Source of the DNA: Heterodontus francisci
Lineage: Eukaryota
NCBI RefSeq assembly: GCF_036365525.1
Contig: NW_027140807.1
Location: forward strand, 1,922,001 to 1,986,000
Direction of reading: 5' to 3'
DNA: 64,000 bases
Positions 12,900 through 24,914 of the stretch are shown here, one piece after another (within the stretch, counting starts at the first letter, position 1; the number at the start of each line of letters is the position of its first letter). The position numbers were made by a program, and so were the translations under genes. The notes under the pieces were generated by a model, which had not been told where the DNA came from, made no database searches, and was given only the letters and a program-made list of their open reading frames with translations.

Positions 12900-14520
12900 A
12901 TGAGTTATCTGTACCCGGTACCTTTATTTATGAAGCCCAAGATCCCACATGCTTTCCTAACCAAGCTCTCACGATGTCCTGCCACCTTCAAGGATGTGTG
13001 CACATACACCCCTAGGTCCCTCTGTCCCTGCACACTCTTTACAACTGTGCCATTAAGTATATATTGTCATAATCTTGCACATTTCTGTTAAACCTCCTTT
13101 GTTCTAAGGAGGACAACCCCAGCTTTTTCAACCTAACCTTGCAACTAAAATCCCCCATCACTGGAACCATTCTGGTAAACCTTCTCTGCACACTCTCAAG
13201 GAGCCTCACATCTTTCCTGAAGTGTGGTGACCAGAACTGGACACAACTCTCCATTTGGGGCCTAACCAGAGCTTTATAAAGGTTCAGCATAGCTTCACTG
13301 CTTCTGCACCCGATGCCTTTATTTATGAAGCCCAAGATCCCACATGTTTTCCTAACCACTCTCTCACTATGTCCTGCCACCTTCAAAGATGTGTGCACAT
13401 ACACCCCCAGGTCTATCTGTCCCTGCACACTCTTCACAACTTTGCCATTAAGTATATATTGTCTCTCCCTATTCCTTCTGCTAAAATGCATCACCTCACA
13501 CTTGTCAGAATGAAATTCCATTGGTCACCTTTCTGCCCATTCTACTCGTCTATCCAGGCAGTTCAGATCATCCTCACTGTTTGCTGCACCTCCAGGTTTG
13601 GTGTGGAGAGCAAATTTTGAGATTCTGCTCTGTATTTCAAAATCCAAGTCATTTATATATAGCAGAAAAAGCAGTGGTCCCAGCACTGACCCATGGGGGA
13701 ACACCAGTGACTACCATCCCTCAGTCAAAAAAGCAACCATTTACTACGATTCGCTGTTTCCTGTCCTGACGGCACTTTTTCACCCAAATGAACACTGACC
13801 CTCTCATCCATGAGCCTCAGTTGTGTTAACCAGCATTTTATGGGGCACCTTGTCAAACGCTTTCTTAAAATCCACATAAACAACATCCACCACATTCACT
13901 CCATCGACCTTCTCTGTTGCTTCATCAAAGAATTCAATTAGATTAGTCAATAATGTTCAGCCTTTTGAAAATCCATGCTGGCTACCCTTAATTAAACTCG
14001 AACCTCTCCAACCGTCTATTGATTTTTCTCTGATTATTGTTTCTAGAACCAAACCCATCACTGATGTTAAACTAAGTGGCCTGTAGTTGCTCGGACTGTC
14101 CTTACACCCTTTCTTGAATATGGATTTGCCACTTTGTCATCCTCTGGCACCTCCCCCATAACCAGGGAAGATTTGAAGATGACGGCAAGCCCTTCTTCTC
14201 TCTCTACCCCCCACTTCCTTTCGCAACCTGGGATACAAGTTATCTGAACCAGGTGACTTATCCACCCAAAGCATAGCCAGCCTTTTTAGTACCAGCTCTC
14301 AATTGTTATCCTGTCCATTGCCTCTACTCTCTCTGCTTCTACAGATAATTTTCAGCCTCCAGTTCCTTCGGGAACACTGATACAAAGTTCTCATTTAGGA
14401 TATTAGCTTTGCCCTGTGCCTCAAAGCACATATTACACTCTCCGTCCTTACTTGACCCCTCTTTACCTCTTACTACTCACTTACTATTTACGTGCTGGTA
14501 GAAGATCTTTGAGCCCCTTT
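12900..14520 (-). mobile_element. CR1 LINE RT fragment
   Basis: ORF 13039..13521 MEFHSDKCEVMHF...LVRPQMESCVQFWSPH. Confidence 0.9.
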
Positions 14521-14679
14521 TATGAATCTCCCTCTCCCCTTTCCACATTGAGGCTGAAATGGGCTTTGTTTACAACGATTACATCATGCAGGTCTGATCA
14601 GATACTCGGAGCTTTTGTGAACGAATTCCCATCAACCTCAACAAGTTGTGCAATTTCCCCATTTGTCAGTGTTTTACCC

Positions 14680-15110
14680 CCTTCTGATGTTGTTCAATTT
14701 GTTAGTGTTTTTCCCCTGCTGAAGTTGTTGCTGTATTTATTGTTTTTTTTTCACTGAAGTTGTTGTTGAACCTGTTGGTGTCTTTGCCCAGCTGAAGTTG
14801 CTGCTGCATTGCTTGATGTACTTCCCTAAAGTTGTTGGTGAAGTTGTTGGTGTTTCCCCTGCTGACGTTGTGAGAATATTAGTTGTTTTCTTTACTCCCC
14901 CCTTCCCCTAAAGTTGCAGGATTTGTTGGTGATTGCTTCCTGAAGTTGTTGTTGAATTTGTTGGTGTAATTTTCCTGTTGAAGTTGTTGTGATGTTTGTT
15001 TTTATTTCTCCTGAAGAAGTTGTTGAATTTGTTGGTGTCTTTCTGCTCCTGAAGTTGTTGTATTTGTTGTTCTTTTTCCCCCTCCTGAAGTAGTTGTTGA
15101 ATTCCCCTGT
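14680..15110. repeat. GTT-rich ~33-bp tandem repeat (GAAGTTGTTGTTGAATTTGTTGGTGTTTTTCCT)
   Basis: The same family occurs inverted at 16310-17035 and in the same orientation at 18840-19180. Confidence 0.85.
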
Positions 15111-16309
15111 TCCTCCTGAACATGTTACACTCACCACCCCTCATGACTCAGCTTACACTATAAGTGTATCCCTGAGTGAAATCTCTCTAATGTGCAGGTA
15201 ATATCTGCTTCCAGCGTCTCCCTGGGACCCTGTTCCACAGAGCGACCTCCTGCTCATTGAAATAACCTTTCTGCAGGTTCGTTTCCAGGTCAAATAATTA
15301 AAACATTAAGTAACTATTACAACAAAGAGTATTGTCCCTTTTCCCTCAAGGGGGCTGGAATAGAAAGCGCTGGATGTTGTGTTACTGTTGTATGCAGCTC
15401 GGATTAGACCCCTTCTGGAGAAACCATGTTCAGTTCTGTGCATCAAAACTCAGGAAGGATGTCTCAGCCTTGGAGGTAATGACACCAGGTCTAAAAGGGT
15501 TAAATTAGCTTCACAGTTTGCATGGCCTAATGTCATATTCTCTTAAGTATAGGAGATTAAAGGGTGATCTCATTGAAATATTTAGGATGATTAAAGGATT
15601 CGATGGTGTTAATGGACAGAAACAATTTCCTCTGCTGGGGGAGTCCAGGGCAAGGTGGGGTGGGGCTGTTTAGGAGTGATGTCAGGAAACGCTGGTTCAC
15701 ACAGCAGGAAGTGGAAATCTGGAACTCTCTCCCTCAAAAGCTCTACAGATGGGGGTGTGAGGGGGGTTAATCAGACATTACAAAGCAGAGATTGCTAGAT
15801 TGATGTTAGGTGAGGGTATTAAATGATATGGAACCCAGATGGGCAAATGGAAATAAGTTGTAGATGATCCATGATCTCCCTGAATGGCGGAACAAGCTTG
15901 AATGGGCCGAATGGCCCATTCCTGCTGCCAGGATTTCTCATTTTCCTCTGTCAGGATTTGAGTGAGCTGGATTATCCAGGGTGGAAGCACTGACCAGAAA
16001 AGAATGGAGCAGCACGAGGTTTGGGGAATGCTGGGCAGACCCACCATGCACAGTCACATCCCTTCTGACCCCATCCCTCAGCAATTATTTAAGAGTGAGT
16101 GTTCCCTCCCAGAACAAAAACACTGGATTTCCATGATCAGATGGGAAAGTCATTCCAGCAAAATCAAAACCTTCTTGAGACGGTCATGTTCAGCGTTCAT
16201 AGATGTGTTGAGCAGACAGAGACTGCAATAAAACTTTAAAGACACAGTTTACAATCAGATTTACAATCACACCGGGTGGTCAGGGAGTCAAACACGTTAA
16301 AAACACGTT

Positions 16310-17035
16310 AAACACGGAAAAACACCAAAACATTCAGCAACAACCTCAACAGGAAAAACACCAACAAATTCAACAATAACTTCAGGAGAAAAACAACAAC
16401 ATCGAGAAAAAACACCAATAGATTCAACATCAAATTTAGCAGGAGACAAACAGGAAAAAATACAAAAACAACTGCACCAGAAAAATAACCCACGAACAAG
16501 CTCAGCAATAACTTTAACAGGAGAAAAATAAAGTACGAATAAAATCAACAACAACTTCAACAGGAGAAAAACACCAACAAAGTCAACAACAACTTTAGCA
16601 GGAGAAAAACACCAACAAATTCAACAACAACCTCAAGAGGAAAAGCACCAACAAATTCAACAACAAGAAAAACACCAACAAATTCAACAACAACTTCAGC
16701 AGGAGAAAACAACAACAAATTCAAAACAACAACCTCAACAGGGAAAACACCATCAAATTCAACAACAACTTCAACAGGAAAAACATCAACAAATTCAACA
16801 ACAACTTCAGCAGGAAAAACATCAACAAATTCAACAACAACTTCAGCAGGAGAAAAACACCAACAATTTCAATAACAACCTCAACAGGAAAAACACCAAA
16901 AAATTCAACAACAACCTCAACAGGAAAAAAAGCAACAAATGCAACAACAACTTCAACAGGAAAAACACCAACAAAGTCAACAACAACTTCAGCTGGAGAA
17001 AAAAACAGCAAATTCAACAACAACCTCAGCAGGCT
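16310..17035. repeat. AAC-rich ~33-bp tandem repeat (reverse complement of the 14680-15110 family)
   Basis: Unit AGGAAAAACACCAACAAATTCAACAACAACTTC(A). Confidence 0.9.
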
Positions 17036-18147
17036 CTGCACGTTGTCTGTTCGTGGGATCTTGCCTTGTAGAAACTGGCTGCCACACTTCCTGCATTACA
17101 GCAGTGGCTGTACTTCGAAACAGTCGCAAAGAATATGGGAATAGCAAAACATATGAGATTAGCGAAACTGTGAGATCTTGGGCTTCATAAATAGCGGCAG
17201 AGCCTACAAAATATGGGAAGTTATGCTGAATCTTTATAAAGCTCTAGTTAGGCCACAACTGGACAATTGCATCCAGTTCTGGTCACCACACTTTAGGAAG
17301 GAGGTGAGTTTCCTTGAGAGGGTGCAGAGGAGATTTACCAGAATGGTTCCAGGGATGGGGGGTTTTAGTTACAAGGTTAGGTTGGAAAACCTGGAGAAAA
17401 TGAGATTGAGTGGAGACCTGATAGAGGTGTGCAAGATTGTGACAGGTTTAGATGAGGATCACAAAGAAAAGCTGCTCCTCACCCAGGAGTCAGTTCCCCA
17501 GCTCCACTGACTAGTCCCACAGTGTTGGTGTTCCTGCTCCTCGCTCCAGCTGCAGGGAATTTACAGCACAGAAACAGACCATTCGGCCAGACACGTCCAT
17601 GTAGGCCTTTTTGGTCCACACGAACATCGTTCCACGCCCTCTTCATCTCGCCCCCAGCCGCATCTCCTTCTGTTCCTCTCTCCCTCATGTCCTATGCAGC
17701 TTCCCCATCCCCCCAAGCTTAAATACATCTTGCCTATTCCCCTCAGCCTGTGGTAATGAGTTCCACATTCTCCCCACTCTCTGGGTGAAGATGTTTCTCC
17801 CGAATTCCAAATTGGATTTATTGGTGACTGTCTTATATTGATGACCCCTCCCCCTTTTTCTGGTCTCACCTGCAAATGGAAAAAATCTTCTCCACAATAA
17901 TGTGATCAAAACCCGTTTCATAATCTTAAAGAGCTCTATCAGGTCACTCCTCAGCCTTCTCTTTTCTAGGGAAAAGAGCCCCAGTCTGTTCAGTCTTTTC
18001 CTGATCATTATAACCTCTCAGTTCTGATATCATCCTTGAACATCTTTCTGTGTCTTCTTCATGTCGAAGACATGTTCACACTGCAGTAGATAAACCCAAC
18101 AGGATACAGAGCTGCAGGCTTTTATCTGAAACAGGTGTTTCTGTTGG

Positions 18148-18186
18148 TGTTTTTGTTGAACTGCTCCATCTCTCTGAGTCACTGTG
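18148..18186 (-). other. 23-RSS of V1
   Basis: CACAGTG - 23 bp - ACAAAAACA on the minus strand. Confidence 0.95.
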
Positions 18187-18679
18187 CAGACTCCAGGCAC
18201 AGAAATACAGCGCCGAGCGATTCTCCTGCAGGCTGGAGGACTCCAGGTTGAACTGGGAACCAGTCGGTCGTTTGGCAGTGAAACCCTCCACCGTCCCCTC
18301 TGAGTTCACACTTGGTGTAACTGCGGAGTAAAACATCAGCCGCAGCTCCTTCCCCAGGTCCTGTCTGTACCAGAACATGTAACCGCTACTCTCGCCCTCC
18401 ACACGGCACTCCAGTCCCACTCCCTCCCCAGGAAATCTGGAGACGGCGGTGGGAGTCTGGCGGACCCTCGCTGAGATCGCGCCTGAAGGAAGAGACCGGG
18501 AGAGAAGAAGGTCAGTGAACAGGGACAATCTGGGATGTGAAGAATGAAGGAAGGAGAGAAAGATAGAGAGAAAGAAAATAAGAAAGAGAGCTGTTAACAC
18601 AAACAATGGGGGTGTGGGGTGGAGGTGAGAAAGATCCCTTACTTTGAAATAAGACCATGAGACTCAGTAACAGATACAT
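18187..18679 (-). CDS. TRBV: TCR beta V gene V1, inverted, intact
   Basis: Leader 18679-18643 (MYLLLSLMVLFQ, donor GTAAG). V exon 18482-18187 SAISARVRQTP...LECRV...WYRQ...ALYFCAWSL. Confidence 0.95.
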
Positions 18680-20086
18680 CTTCCACTGGAAGCTTATCCT
18701 GCAATTGGGAAATCAGTGGAAAGAAGAGATTTGAGTCTTGTGAGAAGCCACATGAAGACTCAAGCAAGTGATTCAGGTTTGTCCAACACCTTCCTCCCTG
18801 ATGAGGTACCCACGCCCCTCTCTCTACCATTGGCTGCCAGTAGTTGCTGTTGCATTTGTTGGTATAGATCTGCTGCTGAAGTTGTTGTTGTATTTGTTGT
18901 TGTATTTGCTGGTGCTTTTCTCCGACTGAGGTTGTTGAATTTGTTAGTGTTTGAATCTTCTGCTGATCTGTTGTTGAATTTGTTGGTGTTTGAATCTCCT
19001 GCTGATCTGTTGTTGAATTTGTTGGCGTTGTTTTCCTTTTGAGGTCGTTGTTGTGTTTGTTGGTGTTTTCCCTGCTGACGTTTTTGTTGTACTTGTTTCC
19101 TTCCCTGCTTCAGTTGTTGTTCAATTTGGTTTTTGCATGTTGTTGTATTTTTTGGAGTTTTTTCCCCCCTGCTGAGGTTATTTTCTCTTTTTTAATTCAT
19201 TCATGAGATTTTGGTTGTGGCCAGCATTTATTGTCCATCCCTAATCGTCTAATTGAGAAGGTGGTGCTGAGCTGCCTTCTTGAACCGCTGCAGTCATGTG
19301 GGGTAGGTTGACCCACAGTGCTGTTAGGAAGAGAGTTTCAGGATTTTGACCCAGTGACAGTGAAGAATTTTCACAATGACTGGACTTCAGTGCGGTGAAG
19401 AACTTAACGCTATAACTCCCATTTAGCAGAAGGGGGTGAAATAAAACTGTCTTGGCCCCGAAACAAGGCAGCAGGTTGACGGGTCGCATTGGGTCATAGA
19501 ATCATGCAGGTCAAATCCAGGCCGTTCAGCCCATCGATCCTGGCCTGGCAGCTCGAAAGAGCGACTTCCTCCCATCTTTCTTCGTCTTACCCTATCAACA
19601 GATTCTTCTATTCCTTTCTCACTCATGTATTTATTCAGCTCCCCCTTAACTGCATCGTCTCTATTCGACCTCAACCCATTCCATTTGGTCTGTAATTCCA
19701 CATTCTCACCGCTCCCTGGGTTAAAGAACCTCCTCCTGAATTCCCAATTGGATTTATTAAGGACTACCTTACATTTATGATCCCTTATTTTCATCTTCCC
19801 TGTCCAATTGCTCCCACTCCCTGTTCTTTCTGAATAACCCTGCACTTGATCTTGCAGCTTGTCTGCCTCCTTCCCGACATGACAACAGTGACTGCACGTC
19901 AAAATGTATTTGACTGGTTGAGGCTTGAGTGAAGCAGAGAACTGTCGGGCCGAATGGCGCGGATCTTTGCATTAACTTCCATCTAGTTCTGTGCCACAAG
20001 CGCCAACACGAGTCGAGTAGGAGAATATAACTAATGACTGAAACAGGTTCAGTATCTGACAATGAAACGCCTGCAGAATCAGTGCT

Positions 20087-20119
20087 TGCAGTTGCACCTG
20101 GAGCCACTAGGTGCCAGTG
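20087..20119 (+). promoter_or_regulatory. CTCF-like motif between the divergent V1/V2 promoters
   Basis: TGCAGTTGC-N5-GAGCCACTAGGTGCCAG: upstream module plus a core with one mismatch to CCASYAGRKGGCRS. Confidence 0.5.
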
Positions 20120-20532
20120 TTACTCCACTGTAGCCGCTGCCCAGAACATGCTCAGACAGAGTGAGCTTTACCCACAGCAGCTCCACAGGTCAACTTGGCT
20201 GCTTCTGAAATGTTTCACTTCTCAACTATTTCACAGACACACAAAAAAAAAACGCAGTTGGACTTCATCATGTTTGGTCTTTAATAGTGACCAGAGCACC
20301 CCGGATTCGCCTGAGGCCTCCTTAGCTCAGCCCATGAAATGACCTGTCAACATGTCAACATGTGGGAGCCAATGAACCATCAGGAATTTGCACCCCCTCC
20401 CTCCCCACAATGGGAACATGAAACAGTGGGGAGGAGGAGACAGTAAATGTCACTCAGAACATTGAGATTTTCTGCAATAAACCAGCTCAGTGATTTCACA
20501 CAATGAACACATGGATCTGTCTCCCTCCAGAG

Positions 20533-21422
20533 ATGACTGTGTCTCACCTCTGCGTTGTGTTGCTGGTGTTAAGGGGTAAGGTGGACCTCGACTGGGAGAT
20601 GTCAGTCATCTTCACTGCTCTTTCCCTGTGTGACCCCATTGGGGGTTTACCCCCTTACAAGGCACCGTCACTGTGATTGTTAATTTAGCTGCTCTCTTTC
20701 TCTTTTTGTATCCCTTTCTCTATCTCTCTTTCTCTCTGTCTAACAATAAATGTTCCTCTATGTCTGTCCCTCCCAGTCTCCCTGTCTCTCTGTCTCTCTT
20801 ACTCTCTCTCCCTGTCCTCTTAGCTCCTTCATGTCTGTTGCCGATGTCTAGAATGTTGCTGTTTTTCTCCCTCTGTCTGTGCTTCCCTCTCTCTCTCTCT
20901 CTCTCTGCTTCTCTCCTTTTCTCTCACTCTTTTTCACTCTATGTCTCTCTCTCTCTTTGCAGCTCCCCGTCTCCCACCTCTCCCTTCTTACGAAGAAACA
21001 CGGGACATTTAGGGCACACAGCAGGTCATTCAGCCCATCGTGCCTCTCCCCTCTTCGTGGCCGATGTCAATTTAAACATTGTCCCTGGGTTTATCTCTCT
21101 CTCTCTCTCTCTCTGTTTTACAGATGTGGGGGCCGTGTTGATGCAACAGATTCCCGCTTCCATATCCTATTCCCCAGGCTCTCCAGTCAGTATCCAGTGT
21201 ATTTACACAAAGGCAGATGCTGGCTCCGATATCCACTGGTACCCGTGGCATCCGGACCGTGAGCCCGAGAACCTTTTCTATTCCACCTCTGCCGGAACAG
21301 TCATTCCCTCCAGAGAGGTTGGCGGTTTCACCGCCAGGAGACCCAGCAACACCCATTTTTCCCTGGAGTCCACCAGCCTGTGGGTGAATCAATCAGCCGT
21401 GTATTACTGTGCCTGGAGTCTG
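20533..21422 (+). CDS. TRBV: TCR beta V gene V2, open frame, atypical FR2 (WYPW)
   Basis: Leader 20533-20575 MTVSHLCVVLLVLR (in-frame upstream ATG at 20503), donor GTAAG. V exon 21124-21422 DVGAVLMQQIP...IQCIY...WYPWHPDREP...AVYYCAWSL. Confidence 0.92.
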
Positions 21423-21461
21423 CACAGTGACTCAGAAAGGTGCCAGATTTCAGCAAAAACT
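21423..21461 (+). other. 23-RSS of V2
   Basis: CACAGTG - 23 bp - GCAAAAACT. Confidence 0.95.
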
Positions 21462-21550
21462 CTAAAGGGGGAGGAAAGCACTTGTGGGAGATGAACCCGT
21501 CTGTCTATCTCAGTGTCTTTCTGTCTCTCTGACTATCTGCAGGTTTCTGT

Positions 21551-21696
21551 NNNNNNNNNNNNNNNNNNNNNNNNNNNNNNNNNNNNNNNNNNNNNNNNNN
21601 NNNNNNNNNNNNNNNNNNNNNNNNNNNNNNNNNNNNNNNNNNNNNNNNNNNNNNNNNNNNNNNNNNNNNNNNNNNNNNNNNNNNNNNNNNNNNNNN
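21551..21696. other. Assembly gap (N run)
   Basis: Run of N. Confidence 1.
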
Positions 21697-22161
21697 GGTT
21701 ATTTGCACTATTTATCTATCTATTTACCTTGATTATATATATATTTGTCATCGATTTATCTCTCCGTCTCTCACCTCTCTAAATATGCATCCACCATACA
21801 TCTGACGTTTATCATCTATCTAACACCATTATTTACACCATACCAGTTTAATTATTGATGCATCATGATTTGTATTTTACTGATAGTTTCACCTTCTTGC
21901 TCTCCTTCGACTCAGAGTACATCAATACATTATGAATTATTAAAAATGCTGCAGCAATGTGCTCAGATCCTTCTCGTTCAGGCAGCCTCTACCTGTAAAG
22001 AACAGATTCCGAGGTGGGGTAAATGGGTTCATGGTCCTGTTGAATGAGCTGTCTGTGGTATGTGACAAGAGTTACACATAGCTCCCTATTGTACATGTCC
22101 ACGATGATTCATACAATGCAAAAGTGAGACACCTCCCCAGAGAGGTCTCTCACTGGAACAC

Positions 22162-22175
22162 CTGCCTCCTGGCGG
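22162..22175 (-). promoter_or_regulatory. CTCF-like motif upstream of V3
   Basis: Minus strand CCGCCAGGAGGCAG. Confidence 0.5.
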
Positions 22176-22527
22176 CGGTTTGAGCATCTGTTCAAAACAG
22201 TTAACCCACTTCTTCATGACACTGTCGCTTTTCAAAGTATCTAAGATTTCACCCCAATGTAAAACATAACCCTAGAATTGTCGTTTAGCACAGGGAAAAG
22301 AGCTCCCCAATGCAATACCAATCAGACACAAGCAACGGGAGCCAGATACAGACGGGAAGCAGTTCCTTATTCAAGCTCCTTTCGACCAGGGGGTGTTATT
22401 ATTGTGTCATACCAGAAGTGAGGGGTCAGAAGGAAACCCTGCTTCCAGTGCTGTCATTTCCGCTCTCTGCTTTATCTTCAGCCGCCTGATATTGGTTCAT
22501 GAACAGTTTCAGCCCCCAGTCTGCAGG

Positions 22528-23343
22528 ATGCAGTTAGTCAAACTCTTCCTAATCGTCTGCTCTCTTCTTCCATGTAGGTATTCATCCTTCATAAAGATAC
22601 CTCTGCTAAAATACATGCTGTGTTTTCATTCACTACTAACTTCTATCAAACTAGATTGATACAACATCATTGCAGTCGATTTTCTGTCATTTCTTAAACT
22701 ACATACTTTACTTTCACTGTAAATAATATTTACTTAATGAAATTATTGACTGAATGAAAGTAACTTATATATTCGTGACGCTACTACAGCTATCTTTAAC
22801 CGATAAGTTTGCCCTAATTCTGGGTTAATTTGTCTGTCTCATATCACTTGCTACATTATTTTTCAATCTCTATATCTATCTGTTTATTATCTATATATCT
22901 ACAAATATATCATTTAACTATATATTGTCTGCCTATATAGTTATCCAGTATTATCTACTTATCTGTTTGGATAGTTCTCGTTGGTTATCATATGTCACAA
23001 TATGTTCTAAACATTTTTAACTTTTCTCCTTATTTCTCAAGGCAAAACTCGAGCAGAGGTGATACACCAGTGGCCAACTCTGGTGGTGGTGAATGGAAGT
23101 GAACCAGCAGAATTAAACTGTTCCCGGAATGACAGTAGAAAGAGCATTATGCTGTGGTATCGGCAGTATGCCGGGCAGGGGCTTACCCTAATGGGCTATT
23201 CTTACACTGGAAGCTCACCCATTTACGAAGGAAGATTTGAGGAGGAGGTGAAGATTTTGAGGCCCGAGGAGAGACGATGCAGCCTGAGTGTCCTCAAGGT
23301 TAAGGCTGCGGATGCGGCGGTGTATTACTGTGCAGCCAGGGAG
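22528..23343 (+). CDS. TRBV: TCR beta V gene V3, intact
   Basis: Leader 22528-22573 MQLVKLFLIVCSLLP, donor GTAGGT. V exon 23042-23343 CKTRAEVIHQWP...LNCSR...WYRQYAGQGLTLMGY...DAAVYYCAARE. Confidence 0.95.
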
Positions 23344-23382
23344 CACAGCGCTGCAGACTGCCTTAGTGCCAGTGCAAAAACC
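23344..23382 (+). other. 23-RSS of V3
   Basis: CACAGCG - 23 bp - GCAAAAACC. Confidence 0.95.
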
Positions 23383-23719
23383 AACAGGGTGAACAACACA
23401 ACTGACAGACATGCAGGAGCAGTGACAATGGTTAATGTCTCTCCTTGCCTCACCGGCCGTTTTCCAAGCTGGTGATTCCTGGATTCCTGAACCTTCATCA
23501 AGGGCTGAATGACAGGGACTAGCAAAAGGTCAGAGGAAGAGAGAGAGAAGGAAAGAGAGAGATGTGTCTCAGATCCCCTGCAAAATTTCAAAGTCCTCGT
23601 CTACACCGTTTAATTTCTGGCACTGAGTATGTTAAAACTGAGTCACAGTCTCTGTCCTATACTTGATTAATTAAAAGGTTAATTAATGATCTAAATAAGA
23701 CAGATTGTTAACATCACCA

Positions 23720-24270
23720 TTGTGAAGTGATGGATAGAGTATCAATCATCTACAAGGCACAAGTCAGGAGTGTGATGGAATACTCTCCACTTGCCTGGAT
23801 GATGCAGCTCCAACAACACTCAGGAAGCTCAACACGATCCAGGACATAGCAGCCCGGTTGTTCAGTACCCCATCTACCACCTTCAACACTCACTCCCTTT
23901 ACCACAGTGGCAGCAGTGTGTACCGTCTCCAAGATGCACTGCAGCAAAGCATCGAGTGTCCTTAGACAGCACCTTCCAAACCCACCAACTCTACCACCAG
24001 AAGGACAAGGGCAGTAGACTCATGGGAACACCACCACCTGCAAGTTCCCCTCCAAGCAACACACCATCCTGACTTGGAACTATATCGCCGTTTCTTCACT
24101 GTCACTGGGTCAAAATCATGGAACTCCCTTCCAACAGCACTGTGGGTGCACCTACCCCACATGGACTGCAGTGTTTCAAGAGGTCAGCTCATCACCACCT
24201 TCTCAAGGGCCAACAATTGCTGGTCTTGCGAAAGAAATTCACGTCCCATGAACGAATAAGAAAAAAAAAT
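23720..24270 (+). mobile_element. LINE 3' fragment (CR1-like clade)
   Basis: YKAQVRSVMEYSPLAW... and FTVTGSKSWNSLP motifs, followed by an A-rich tail. Confidence 0.75.
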
Positions 24271-24608
24271 TATAAAAGGTCTTCCAGGACTTCACAGACG
24301 CCCCAAAACAGTTAACAGCCAATTAAGAACTGGAAAATGATAGTCAGATCCTCTGCTACTTCTTCCCTTGCTTTGATTTTTTTTTATTCATTCTGGGGAC
24401 CTGGGTCCCTCTGAGAAGGCCAGTAGTTATTCAACATCACTCATTGCCCTGGAGAAGGTGTGTGTTGCCTTGTAGGTAACTGAAGGGTTTGCTAGGTCAT
24501 TTCAGAGAGCAGTGTACTTAAAACACGGAAGCCAACTGGTGTACAGCACCATGTCATAGGCAGCATAGACAGGCAGATAGATAGCTAGGAAGGCAGACAG
24601 GCAGACAT

Positions 24609-24656
<48 letters not shown>

Positions 24657-24914
24657 CAGACAGATAGATAGAAAGACAGATGTGTAGACAGATTGATAGA
24701 TAAACAGACAGATAGGTAGACAAATAGTCAAATAGATTGTTAGACAGACAGACAGATATGCAGATAGGTAGATATGAAGACAGACAGACAAAAGATAGAA
24801 CATAGAACATAGAACATAGAACATAGAAAAAATACAGCACAGAACAGGCCCTTCGGCCCACGATGTTGTGCCGATCCTTTGTCCTCTGTCAAGGACAATT
24901 TAATCTATACCCCA

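Noticed and set aside
16297-17041. Hydrophobic Leu/Val/Phe-rich ORFs resembling membrane proteins
   Set aside because: Translations of the AAC/GTT-rich tandem repeat.
17518-17560. Isolated CACAGTG (also at about 19314 and 40214)
   Set aside because: No nonamer at a proper spacing and no adjacent gene segment.
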